NCBI RefSeq assembly: GCF_016026235.1
Contig: NZ_CP065613.1
DNA: 64,000 nucleotides
Strand: one strand, 5' to 3'
Source: Escherichia coli
GTDB lineage: Bacteria > Pseudomonadota > Gammaproteobacteria > Enterobacterales > Enterobacteriaceae
The notes beneath the pieces were generated by a model that saw only the letters and a program-made list of their open reading frames with translations, made no database searches and was not told the DNA's origin. The position numbers and the translations under genes are program-made. This document shows positions 39,035 to 50,822 of the stretch, piece by piece (within the stretch, counting starts at the first letter, position 1; every line of letters begins with the position of its first letter).

Positions 39035-40111
39035 TTATTCATCAAAGTCGTAAGTCATGATCACTTTGATTGCGGTTTTATCGACCATCGCATCAAACCC
39101 TTCGCGCCATTGCGACAGGCCGATACGATGCGTGATCATCGGTTTGACTTTGATAGCGCCGCTGACTAATAGCCTGATAGCGTTACGCCATGAGGTGGAG
39201 TCATAGGCCATATGCCCAATGATGCTTTTGTTCCAGGCGGTAATGTCATTAATCGAGAAATCAAGAGGTTTGAAGCCCATTCCAACGCGTACCACTTCCC
39301 CGTTCGGGCGGAGCATTTCGATGGCTTGTTTCAGTGCGATATTGGCACCGGAGCATTCAATCACCAGTCCCAGATTGTCTTTTCCACAAATTTGCTGGCA
39401 GCGCGCCACCACATCTTCGGTAGAACCATTTACTACTGCCGTCGCACCCAGTTCTTTTGCAACCGGGAAGCGGACCGCCACATCTTCTTGCAGACCAACG
39501 ACGACGATATTTACCGCCCCCATAATTCGCGCCATTTGTACGGAGAACAGCCCGAGTGGGCCAGTGCCGATGACGACCACATCCTGACCAGGAAGGAATT
39601 TCGATTGCTGCGCGATGGATTTGTAGGCATTACAGATAGGGTCAAGTACGGCTGCGTCCTCATAATCAACACCATCAGGGATTTCCCACAACGCATGACG
39701 ATGAATTTTGAGAATTTCACCAGGAACCAGACAATATTTGGAAAAACCACCGCCCCAGGTATTATTATCCAGACCAAGGTTTACTTTTTCTGTACAACAC
39801 AGAAAATCACCTTGTTCACAGGCCGGACAAACGCCGCAAACGTGACCGCTGTTATCCGATACGACGCGTTGCCCCACTTTCCAGTCTTTGACTTTTTCAC
39901 CAACCTGCGCAATACAACCTGCGAACTCATGGCCGCGGATAGAGTTAAACTCATCAGAACCGCTATCGACATTGTAGTGCTTCATGTCTGCGCCGCAGAT
40001 TGCCGCGGCTTTAATTTCAATCACTACATCTTCCGGGCCACACATGGGTTGTGGGACATCAATCATCTTGTAGCCGCCAAAGGCTTTGCCAAACCGAGCC
40101 AGTGCTTTCAT
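39035..40111 (-). CDS. ydjL: Zinc-dependent dehydrogenase (threonine/sorbitol dehydrogenase-like)
   Basis: 358-aa ORF; first gene of the minus-strand ydjLKJIHG cluster. Confidence 0.82.
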   Translation of the reverse strand: MKALARFGKAFGGYKMIDVPQPMCGPEDVVIEIKAAAICGADMKHYNVDSGSDEFNSIRGHEFAGCIAQVGEKVKDWKVGQRVVSDNSGHVCGVCPACEQGDFLCCTEKVNLGLDNNTWGGGFSKYCLVPGEILKIHRHALWEIPDGVDYEDAAVLDPICNAYKSIAQQSKFLPGQDVVVIGTGPLGLFSVQMARIMGAVNIVVVGLQEDVAVRFPVAKELGATAVVNGSTEDVVARCQQICGKDNLGLVIECSGANIALKQAIEMLRPNGEVVRVGMGFKPLDFSINDITAWNKSIIGHMAYDSTSWRNAIRLLVSGAIKVKPMITHRIGLSQWREGFDAMVDKTAIKVIMTYDFDE

Positions 40112-40187
40112 TGCGTCATCCTCTGTGTTTTGTTTTGCTTAGATGGTCATCATACTTACCCACATGATTTTTGAGGTCAACATTAAA

Positions 40188-40222
40188 TCTGTAAAACACA
40201 GATAATGATCTGCGTTTTACAA
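40188..40222. promoter_or_regulatory. Near-perfect palindrome in the ydjL upstream region (candidate operator)
   Basis: tctgtaaaacacagat-aatg-atctgcgttttacaa; arms aaaacAcagat / atctgCgtttt, about 80 bp upstream of the ydjL start. Confidence 0.4.
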
Positions 40223-40480
40223 CTCAGATCACAATTACGCAGAAAATGGCTGGTTCTGTTACAGGTTGATGGAAGGCTGAACGCAAAAGGAGCAAATTTG
40301 AGAGGGATTACCGGCCAAATAGGTCTGAGACTTAAGTTCAGGAGAAGTCATTCAAGCGTGAACGCGACGGCAAGAGACCGGGCTGGGGCTTTGCCTGGTC
40401 GTGACGAGATAATTGAGATGAGTCGTGGGGTTATTGTTGGCTATCCCCTTTATAACCGCGGCAAAAAGGGGACAAACCAC

Positions 40481-40753
40481 TTACTTAAACATGGCAATAG
40501 GCTTTGCTGAGATACCAAAATCTTCTTTTAACTGTTGTTTGCTCTTCATGACCATCTGACCATTTGTGTCAATTGTCATATGCTGTGCTTCGGTATTATT
40601 GCGGGCTTGCCACAGCATCACCAGTTGCAGGCAGTTCTCTTTTTGTTCCTCGGTCAACGCAACGCCATCAGGCCATTTCCCCAGTTCAACGGCGGTCGAC
40701 AAACGCTGGTATACCTCAGGCGTCATGCTGTTGATAATGTCATCAAGATTCAT
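40481..40753 (-). CDS. yeaC: DUF1315 protein YeaC
   Basis: ORF 40481-40798; start at MNLDDIINSMTPEVYQ gives 90 aa. Confidence 0.75.
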   Translation of the reverse strand: MNLDDIINSMTPEVYQRLSTAVELGKWPDGVALTEEQKENCLQLVMLWQARNNTEAQHMTIDTNGQMVMKSKQQLKEDFGISAKPIAMFK

Positions 40754-40794
40754 AATTTTTCCGCTCCTGTGGAATAAGTTGCTGAATCGTTTTT

Positions 40795-41208
40795 TCAACC
40801 GTTGATTTCTTCGCCGTTTTCGCCATCAGTGAAGCGTAAAGAAGCAGAGTTAACACAATAACGTTCGCCTGTTGGTTGCGGCCCGTCGGGAAAGACATGC
40901 CCCAGATGGGCATCACAGTTACCGCAACGAATTTCTATGCGCTGCATTCCATGTGACAAGTCTTTGATATAACGAATGGATTCTTCACTCACCGGTTCGT
41001 AGAAACTGGGCCAGCCACAGCCGGAATCATACTTGGTTTCGGAATGAAACAGCGGGGCATCGCAGATCAAACAGTGATATACGCCGTCACGCTTGTTATG
41101 CAGTAAACGACCCGTAAATGGCGGTTCTGTCCCATGATTCTGCGTCACGTAAAACTGCATCTCGGACAAATTTTTTTTCAGTTCTTCTGCCGAAGGTTTA
41201 TTAGCCAT
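40795..41208 (-). CDS. msrB: Peptide methionine sulfoxide reductase MsrB
   Basis: ORF 40795-41238; start at [12 protein letters not shown] gives 137 aa; two CxxC zinc motifs. Confidence 0.9.
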   Translation of the reverse strand: MANKPSAEELKKNLSEMQFYVTQNHGTEPPFTGRLLHNKRDGVYHCLICDAPLFHSETKYDSGCGWPSFYEPVSEESIRYIKDLSHGMQRIEIRCGNCDAHLGHVFPDGPQPTGERYCVNSASLRFTDGENGEEING

Positions 41209-41537
41209 TTGCTCACATCTCACTTTAATCGTGCTCACATTACGTGACTGATTCTAACAAAACATTAACACCAACTGGCAAAATTTTGTCCTAAACTTGA
41301 TCTCGACGAAATGGCTGCACCTAAATCGTGATGAAAATCACATTTTTATCGTAATTGCCCTTTAAAATTCGGGGCGCCGACCCCATGTGGTCTCAAGCCC
41401 AAAGGAAGAGTGAGGCGAGTCAGTCGCGTAATGCTTAGGCACAGGATTGATTTGTCGCAATGATTGACACGATTCCGCTTGACGCTGCGTAAGGTTTTTG
41501 TAATTTTACAGGCAACCTTTTATTCACTAACAAATAG

Positions 41538-42545
<1,008 letters not shown>

Positions 42546-42566
42546 GTTGAGATGACACTGTGATCT

Positions 42567-42600
42567 AAAAAGAGCGACTTCGGTCGCTCTTTTTTTTACC
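42567..42600 (+). terminator. gapA intrinsic terminator
   Basis: agagcgac-ttcg-gtcgctct stem followed by T8. Confidence 0.85.
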
Positions 42601-42628
42601 TGATAAAATGAAGTTAAAGGACTGCGTC

Positions 42629-43513
42629 ATGATTAAGAAAATTTTTGCCCTTCCGGTCATCGAACAAATCTCCCCTGTCCTCTCCCGTCGTAAACTGGAT
42701 GAACTGGACCTCATTGTGGTCGATCATCCCCAGGTAAAAGCCTCTTTTGCATTACAGGGCGCACACCTTCTCTCGTGGAAACCTGCGGGTGAAGAAGAAG
42801 TTCTGTGGTTGAGCAACAACACACCGTTCAAAAATGGCGTCGCTATTCGCGGTGGCGTACCGGTTTGCTGGCCGTGGTTTGGTCCGGCTGCACAACAAGG
42901 TCTGCCTGCGCACGGTTTTGCCCGCAACCTGCCGTGGACGCTGAAATCACATCATGAAGATGCTGATGGCGTAGCGCTGACTTTTGAATTGACACAAAGC
43001 GAAGAGACGAAAAAATTCTGGCCGCACGACTTTACGCTGTTAGCGCATTTCCGCGTGGGTAAAACCTGTGAAATCGATCTTGAAGCACACGGCGAATTTG
43101 AAACCACCTCTGCCCTGCATACCTACTTTAACGTGGGTGATATCGCTAAGGTAAGCGTCAGTGGGCTGGGCGATCGCTTCATTGATAAAGTAAATGACGC
43201 GAAAGAAGATGTACTGACCGACGGTATTCAGACCTTCCCTGACCGTACCGATCGCGTGTATCTGAATCCGCAAGATTGCAGCGTGATTAATGATGAAGCG
43301 CTGAATCGTATTATCGCCGTAGGCCACCAGCATCATCTGAACGTTGTCGGCTGGAACCCGGGACCGGCGCTTTCAGTTAGCATGGGCGATATGCCGGACG
43401 ATGGCTACAAGACCTTTGTTTGTGTAGAAACGGCTTACGCTTCAGAAACGCAAAAAGTGACCAAAGAAAAACCTGCACATCTGGCGCAATCCATTCGCGT
43501 TGCGAAACGTTAA
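42629..43513 (+). CDS. yeaD: Aldose 1-epimerase family protein (putative glucose-6-phosphate 1-epimerase)
   Basis: ORF 42608-43513; start at MIKKIFALPVIEQ gives 294 aa. Confidence 0.82.
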   Translation: MIKKIFALPVIEQISPVLSRRKLDELDLIVVDHPQVKASFALQGAHLLSWKPAGEEEVLWLSNNTPFKNGVAIRGGVPVCWPWFGPAAQQGLPAHGFARNLPWTLKSHHEDADGVALTFELTQSEETKKFWPHDFTLLAHFRVGKTCEIDLEAHGEFETTSALHTYFNVGDIAKVSVSGLGDRFIDKVNDAKEDVLTDGIQTFPDRTDRVYLNPQDCSVINDEALNRIIAVGHQHHLNVVGWNPGPALSVSMGDMPDDGYKTFVCVETAYASETQKVTKEKPAHLAQSIRVAKR

Positions 43514-43528
43514 TTTACGTTAATGTTG

Positions 43529-43556
43529 TGTGCCGGGTGCGATGCATCCGGCACGT
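43529..43556. repeat. REP-like hairpin between convergent yeaD and yeaE
   Basis: gtgccgg-gtgcgatgcat-ccggcac. Confidence 0.4.
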
Positions 43557-43563
43557 ATCAACA

Positions 43564-44418
43564 TCACACCATATCCAGCGCAGTTTTTCCTTTTGGTGCC
43601 GGATATGCTTTGTCCAGCATGGCTAATTCCGCTGACGAAAGTTCGACCTCAAGCACAGCCGCATTCTGTTGGACATGGGCAATCGTGGCCGCTTTTGGAA
43701 TCGCCATCACACCCTGATGGCTGATTACCCACGCCAACAATACTTGTGCCGCGCTGATATTGTGAGCATGTGCAATTTCGTTGACTACCGCGTTTTTTAA
43801 CAGTCCATTGCGCAACCGCCCGGCCTGGGCTAATGGACTGTAAGCCATCACCGGCATCTGCTGTTGCTGGCACCAGGGGAGTAGATCGTACTCAATCCCT
43901 CGTGAACCGAGATGGTAAAGCACCTGATTAGTGGCACACTGATTTCCCCCCGGCAGCTGCCAGAGTTCCTGCATATCAGCATGATCAAGGTTAGAAACGC
44001 CCCAGCGGCGGATTTTTCCCTGGGCGATCAATTTTTCCATCGCTGCCACAGTCTCTTCAAAAGCGAAACTGCCAGACCAGTGTAATAAGTAGAGATCGAG
44101 ATAATCAGTATTGAGACGGCGTAAACTGGCTTCGCATGCATTTATCGCTTTTTGCCCGCCAGCATTCCACGGATAGACTTTAGAGACGAGAAAGACGTTA
44201 TCGCGCAGACCGGTTAATGCTTCCCCAACCACCTTTTCGGCACCGCCATCGGCATACATTTCGGCGGTATCAATGAGGGTTAAACCGAGCTCAATGCCCG
44301 CGCGTAGTGCAGCAACTTCTGTTTTGCGCTGACTGGCATCTTCGCCCATATACCATGTTCCCTGCCCTATGGCTGGCAGTGAGACATCGCCACTAAATTG
44401 AATCATTTTTTGTTGCAT
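43564..44418 (-). CDS. yeaE: Aldo-keto reductase
   Basis: 284-aa ORF, AKR family. Confidence 0.85.
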   Translation of the reverse strand: MQQKMIQFSGDVSLPAIGQGTWYMGEDASQRKTEVAALRAGIELGLTLIDTAEMYADGGAEKVVGEALTGLRDNVFLVSKVYPWNAGGQKAINACEASLRRLNTDYLDLYLLHWSGSFAFEETVAAMEKLIAQGKIRRWGVSNLDHADMQELWQLPGGNQCATNQVLYHLGSRGIEYDLLPWCQQQQMPVMAYSPLAQAGRLRNGLLKNAVVNEIAHAHNISAAQVLLAWVISHQGVMAIPKAATIAHVQQNAAVLEVELSSAELAMLDKAYPAPKGKTALDMV

Positions 44419-44451
44419 TGTTTCCTCCCAGGTATTGCACCACCGTAATGC

Positions 44452-44477
44452 AAAACAGGGCGTGACGCCCTGTTTTT
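44452..44477 (-). terminator. Intrinsic terminator downstream of mipA
   Basis: cagggcgtgacgccctg stem with flanking T-runs. Confidence 0.6.
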
Positions 44478-44507
44478 ATGCACAAAATGCCCTGGAAAGA
44501 TGCATTA

Positions 44508-45254
44508 TCAGAATTTGTAGGTGATCCCGGTAGAAATCAGGCCAGTCCAGGATTTATCCACCATCGGGCTGTCAGTAACTTCATCAGACTGACGGGTATA
44601 GCGCGCGGTACCGTAAACACTCCAGTCGCCGAGGAAGTTGTAGCTGGCGCTCAGCTCCAGGTAAGGGCTCCAGCTGTCGTTCGGGTTATAGCCACGCAGA
44701 CCGCTGCGAGCGGACTCTTTGCGCGATACGCCATAATAGTATTCGTTCTGGTTTTCGCTGTTCCACTGCACACCGATACCCGGGGTCACGGTCAGGCCGC
44801 CGTTGGTGTAACGATACAACCAGGCCATATCCCAGACGATGCCGTTGCTGTTATCCAGGGTATCGCCAGCCAGGGTGGTACGCAGGTAACCGTACTGGGT
44901 AAAGTGAGCATAAGACAGACCAGCCATCATGGTGCTCTTACGGTCATCCAGGTGACGCATTTGGTGATCGCCACTGTCTTTCGCTTTGAAGTAAAGCGGC
45001 GACCAATAAGCGGTAATTGAAAGTTTGTCCGTTGCGTCATTCCACAGGTAGTAACCACCACCTAAGCCACGGAACCAGAAGTTATCGCCTTCATAGTTGA
45101 TTACCGGTACTGGGTAAACATCGGTATCGTAATCTTTATATGGGTGTTCAACGACACCTACGCCTGCGCCCAGGGAAAATTTACCTTCAGCGTGCGCTAC
45201 GCCTGCAGACGTTGCGATAAGCACTCCAAGTGCCAGAAGTTTGAGTTTGGTCAC
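44508..45254 (-). CDS. mipA: MltA-interacting outer membrane protein
   Basis: 248-aa ORF with signal peptide and C-terminal aromatic residue (…GITYKF). Confidence 0.88.
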   Translation of the reverse strand: MTKLKLLALGVLIATSAGVAHAEGKFSLGAGVGVVEHPYKDYDTDVYPVPVINYEGDNFWFRGLGGGYYLWNDATDKLSITAYWSPLYFKAKDSGDHQMRHLDDRKSTMMAGLSYAHFTQYGYLRTTLAGDTLDNSNGIVWDMAWLYRYTNGGLTVTPGIGVQWNSENQNEYYYGVSRKESARSGLRGYNPNDSWSPYLELSASYNFLGDWSVYGTARYTRQSDEVTDSPMVDKSWTGLISTGITYKF

Positions 45255-45570
45255 AATTAATCATTCCTTAAACAAATGTTTAGCGGGCGACAAAGTTTAC
45301 CCGTCAATACATCGAAACCCAACCTTTTTACGTTTTCATTTTTTAAAGTAACTGTTTAATTTTCCTGACGCGGATGACACCGCGCTTACAGCCAAATGAA
45401 TTTAGCGTTACTGGCGAGCCTTGTCTTTACATTAATTATGCAAAATTTATGGATGAGTTGTTGATATGCCATTGAAATTAAGAAAGCCGTGCAGGCAAGT
45501 TTTCCATTTGCCATCTACGCTTAATTTTGAAGGTGTATCACCGGGCACGTTGTTCTCATCGTCGATAAAA

Positions 45571-45586
45571 TGGCATGAGAGTTGCT
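45571..45586 (+). promoter_or_regulatory. Sigma-54-type promoter motif upstream of yeaG
   Basis: TGGCAT-gagag-TTGCT (GG-N10-GC) about 105 bp upstream of the yeaG ATG. Confidence 0.5.
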
Positions 45587-45689
45587 GTGTTTTAGCAAGA
45601 GACGTCGTTCAGTTTACCTCTTCCGGGAGCCTCTACTATTCATATGAACGGCTCTTAACCTGTGCTAAAAAACGAAAGGACGGCATACC

Positions 45690-47624
45690 ATGAATATATT
45701 CGATCACTATCGCCAGCGATATGAAGCTGCCAAGGACGAAGAGTTCACACTGCAGGAGTTTCTTACCACTTGTCGGCAAGATCGCAGTGCTTATGCCAAC
45801 GCGGCTGAGCGGCTATTGATGGCTATCGGTGAGCCTGTCATGGTCGATACAGCCCAGGAACCCAGACTTTCTCGACTCTTTTCTAACCGGGTCATTGCAC
45901 GTTATCCGGCATTTGAAGAGTTTTACGGCATGGAAGACGCGATTGAACAGATTGTCTCTTATCTGAAACACGCGGCTCAGGGGCTGGAAGAGAAGAAACA
46001 AATCCTGTATCTGCTGGGGCCTGTGGGTGGGGGTAAATCATCGCTTGCTGAGCGACTGAAATCATTAATGCAGCTCGTACCGATTTATGTATTGAGCGCC
46101 AACGGTGAGCGTAGCCCGGTCAACGATCATCCGTTCTGTCTTTTCAATCCGCAGGAAGATGCTCAGATTCTGGAAAAAGAGTATGGCATTCCTCGCCGTT
46201 ATCTCGGCACCATCATGTCGCCGTGGGCGGCAAAACGTCTGCATGAATTTGGTGGCGATATTACTAAGTTCCGGGTAGTGAAGGTCTGGCCGTCCATTCT
46301 GCAACAAATTGCTATCGCCAAAACAGAGCCCGGTGATGAGAACAACCAGGACATCTCCGCGCTGGTAGGGAAAGTCGATATTCGTAAACTCGAACACTAC
46401 GCGCAGAATGACCCAGACGCCTATGGCTATTCCGGCGCACTGTGCCGCGCCAACCAGGGGATCATGGAATTCGTTGAGATGTTTAAAGCACCGATTAAAG
46501 TGCTGCATCCCTTGTTAACCGCCACTCAGGAAGGTAACTACAACGGGACGGAAGGTATCTCCGCCCTGCCGTTCAACGGGATTATTCTCGCCCACTCGAA
46601 CGAGTCCGAATGGGTCACTTTCCGTAATAACAAAAACAACGAAGCCTTCCTCGATCGTGTTTACATCGTGAAGGTGCCGTATTGCTTGCGCATTTCCGAA
46701 GAGATCAAAATCTACGAGAAATTGCTTAATCACAGTGAATTGACTCACGCCCCATGCGCCCCTGGCACGCTCGAAACACTGTCACGTTTTTCCATTCTTT
46801 CGCGCCTGAAAGAGCCAGAAAACTCCAGCATTTATTCAAAGATGCGGGTTTATGATGGCGAAAGTCTGAAAGACACCGATCCCAAAGCCAAGTCGTATCA
46901 GGAATATCGTGACTACGCCGGTGTCGATGAAGGGATGAACGGTCTGTCGACGCGTTTTGCGTTTAAGATCCTCTCCCGCGTGTTCAACTTCGATCATGTA
47001 GAAGTGGCAGCAAACCCGGTCCATCTGTTCTACGTCCTAGAACAGCAGATCGAGCGCGAGCAGTTCCCACAAGAGCAGGCAGAACGCTATCTGGAGTTCC
47101 TGAAAGGTTATCTGATCCCGAAATATGCCGAGTTTATTGGCAAAGAGATCCAGACGGCCTACCTTGAATCCTATTCCGAATATGGGCAAAACATTTTCGA
47201 CCGTTATGTTACCTACGCGGATTTCTGGATTCAGGATCAGGAGTATCGCGATCCGGATACCGGGCAGCTGTTTGACCGCGAGTCTCTTAACGCCGAGCTG
47301 GAGAAAATCGAGAAACCGGCGGGGATCAGTAATCCAAAAGATTTCCGCAACGAGATTGTTAACTTCGTACTGCGCGCCAGAGCCAATAACAGCGGACGCA
47401 ATCCGAACTGGACCAGCTATGAAAAACTGCGCACGGTTATCGAGAAGAAAATGTTCTCCAATACCGAGGAGCTGTTGCCGGTTATCTCGTTTAACGCCAA
47501 AACGTCAACCGACGAGCAGAAGAAACACGACGACTTTGTCGACCGTATGATGGAAAAAGGCTACACCCGTAAACAGGTGCGTTTACTGTGCGAATGGTAT
47601 TTGCGCGTACGTAAATCGTCTTAA
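45690..47624 (+). CDS. yeaG: PrkA-family serine protein kinase
   Basis: 644-aa ORF with Walker A GPVGGGKSS. Confidence 0.9.
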   Translation: MNIFDHYRQRYEAAKDEEFTLQEFLTTCRQDRSAYANAAERLLMAIGEPVMVDTAQEPRLSRLFSNRVIARYPAFEEFYGMEDAIEQIVSYLKHAAQGLEEKKQILYLLGPVGGGKSSLAERLKSLMQLVPIYVLSANGERSPVNDHPFCLFNPQEDAQILEKEYGIPRRYLGTIMSPWAAKRLHEFGGDITKFRVVKVWPSILQQIAIAKTEPGDENNQDISALVGKVDIRKLEHYAQNDPDAYGYSGALCRANQGIMEFVEMFKAPIKVLHPLLTATQEGNYNGTEGISALPFNGIILAHSNESEWVTFRNNKNNEAFLDRVYIVKVPYCLRISEEIKIYEKLLNHSELTHAPCAPGTLETLSRFSILSRLKEPENSSIYSKMRVYDGESLKDTDPKAKSYQEYRDYAGVDEGMNGLSTRFAFKILSRVFNFDHVEVAANPVHLFYVLEQQIEREQFPQEQAERYLEFLKGYLIPKYAEFIGKEIQTAYLESYSEYGQNIFDRYVTYADFWIQDQEYRDPDTGQLFDRESLNAELEKIEKPAGISNPKDFRNEIVNFVLRARANNSGRNPNWTSYEKLRTVIEKKMFSNTEELLPVISFNAKTSTDEQKKHDDFVDRMMEKGYTRKQVRLLCEWYLRVRKSS

Positions 47625-47630
47625 CAACCC

Positions 47631-47655
47631 TGGCCCGGTACACATGCTACCGGGC
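47631..47655 (+). other. Stem-loop in the yeaG-yeaH intergenic region
   Basis: ggcccggta-cacatgc-taccgggcc, perfect 9-bp arms, no T-run. Confidence 0.4.
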
Positions 47656-47724
47656 CTACAACGACAGCGAACCGTGGGCCAGAGAAATGGCAACACAGGC
47701 GTAGCATACAGTTGGCAAATGTAG

Positions 47725-49020
<1,296 letters not shown>

Positions 49021-49022
49021 AA

Positions 49023-49058
49023 CTATCAGCCGGGTCATTATCGCCTGGCTGATTTTTA
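49023..49058 (+). terminator. Candidate terminator downstream of yeaH
   Basis: atcagccgg...cctggctgat inverted repeat followed by ttttag. Confidence 0.45.
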
Positions 49059-49166
49059 GCTCACTGTAAATTATCTCATTTATTACATACATTAGCTTAC
49101 AATCGCTTTAAATATGACAGCATAACCTTTACACAATTTAGTTCCAGAAAACAATCATTCGGAAAA

Positions 49167-50642
49167 ATGATTCAGTCAACACGTATTTCCATGGGGTTAT
49201 TCTTTAAATATTTTTTATCGTTAACGAAAATTGATCCTGGTCAAAACTATATATCTCTGCCATCAATAAAATCCAGCACTCACATTGCTCTCCTTTTTAT
49301 GGTTTCTATGGGTACACAAAAATTAAAAGCTCAAAGCTTTTTTATTTTCAGTTTATTGCTGACGTTAATTTTATTTTGCATTACTACCTTATATAACGAA
49401 AACACAAATGTAAAACTCATCCCACAGATGAATTACCTGATGGTTGTTGTGGCTTTGTTTTTCCTTAACGCCGTCATTTTTCTTTTCATGTTAATGAAAT
49501 ATTTTACTAACAAACAAATTTTACCAACACTCATTTTAAGCCTTGCATTTTTAAGTGGCCTTATCTATTTAGTTGAAACCATTGTAATTATCCATAAACC
49601 AATTAACGGCAGTACACTGATCCAGACAAAGTCGAATGATGTTTCTATTTTCTATATTTTCCGCCAACTCAGTTTTATTTGTTTAACCTCGCTGGCGCTC
49701 TTTTGTTATGGAAAAGACAACATCCTTGACAACAATAAGAAAAAAACTGGCATTCTGTTGCTGGCGCTGATTCCTTTTTTAGTTTTTCCCCTTCTGGCAC
49801 ACAATCTGAGCAGTTATAACGCTGACTATTCTTTGTATGTCGTCGATTACTGTCCGGACAACCATACTGCGACCTGGGGAATCAACTATACAAAAATATT
49901 GGTTTGTCTGTGGGCATTTTTACTGTTCTTTATTATCATGCGTACACGATTAGCCAGCGAACTATGGCCGTTAATAGCATTATTATGTCTGGCATCGCTA
50001 TGCTGCAACTTACTTCTACTGACTCTGGATGAGTATAATTATACCATCTGGTATATCAGTCGCGGGATTGAAGTCTCCAGTAAACTGTTTGTTGTGTCTT
50101 TTCTGATTTATAACATTTTTCAGGAGCTGCAACTCTCCAGCAAACTGGCAGTTCATGATGTGCTGACCAATATTTATAATCGGCGCTACTTTTTCAACAG
50201 CGTAGAGTCATTATTGTCGCGACCTGTTGTTAAGGACTTCTGTGTCATGCTGGTTGATATTAATCAGTTCAAGCGCATCAATGCCCAATGGGGACATCGT
50301 GTGGGTGATAAAGTGCTGGTTTCAATTGTCGATATTATCCAGCAAAGCATCCGCCCCGATGATATTTTAGCGCGACTGGAGGGTGAGGTGTTTGGCTTGC
50401 TATTTACCGAACTCAATAGTGCCCAGGCAAAAATCATTGCGGAACGTATGCGTAAAAATGTCGAACTCCTGACCGGCTTTAGTAACAGATATGATGTTCC
50501 TGAACAAATGACCATCAGTATTGGCACGGTTTTTTCAACGGGTGACACGCGTAATATCTCGCTTGTCATGACGGAAGCAGATAAAGCCTTACGCGAAGCG
50601 AAAAGCGATGGGGGCAACAAAGTGATTATTCATCATATTTAA
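49167..50642 (+). CDS. yeaI: GGDEF-domain membrane protein with degenerate active site
   Basis: 491 aa; N-terminal multi-TM region; GGDEF position reads EGEVF (…ARLEGEVFGLLF…). Confidence 0.85.
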   Translation: MIQSTRISMGLFFKYFLSLTKIDPGQNYISLPSIKSSTHIALLFMVSMGTQKLKAQSFFIFSLLLTLILFCITTLYNENTNVKLIPQMNYLMVVVALFFLNAVIFLFMLMKYFTNKQILPTLILSLAFLSGLIYLVETIVIIHKPINGSTLIQTKSNDVSIFYIFRQLSFICLTSLALFCYGKDNILDNNKKKTGILLLALIPFLVFPLLAHNLSSYNADYSLYVVDYCPDNHTATWGINYTKILVCLWAFLLFFIIMRTRLASELWPLIALLCLASLCCNLLLLTLDEYNYTIWYISRGIEVSSKLFVVSFLIYNIFQELQLSSKLAVHDVLTNIYNRRYFFNSVESLLSRPVVKDFCVMLVDINQFKRINAQWGHRVGDKVLVSIVDIIQQSIRPDDILARLEGEVFGLLFTELNSAQAKIIAERMRKNVELLTGFSNRYDVPEQMTISIGTVFSTGDTRNISLVMTEADKALREAKSDGGNKVIIHHI

Positions 50643-50822
50643 GTGCAAAAATATTCAGAGCCATGCTTTTTGCGTGGCTTTTGCATACAATTTATTACTA
50701 TTACCCCTAAATTTCCCCTCCCCAGCGGCGCAGAGATGAGTATAATTAGCGCCCCTGTGCCAGGCCGCAATCGAACTTTATCTGGTTTTCTCGTTTCACT
50801 AACCGAAGGAGTGCCATTTATC

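Noticed and set aside
40440-40470. Hairpin tcccctt...aagggga near the yeaC 3' end as a terminator
   Set aside because: Short stem with no adjacent T-run on either strand; not convincing as an intrinsic terminator.
45466-45693. 75-aa ORF in the yeaG leader
   Set aside because: Overlaps the putative sigma-54 promoter and leader of yeaG; no start context and no family resemblance.
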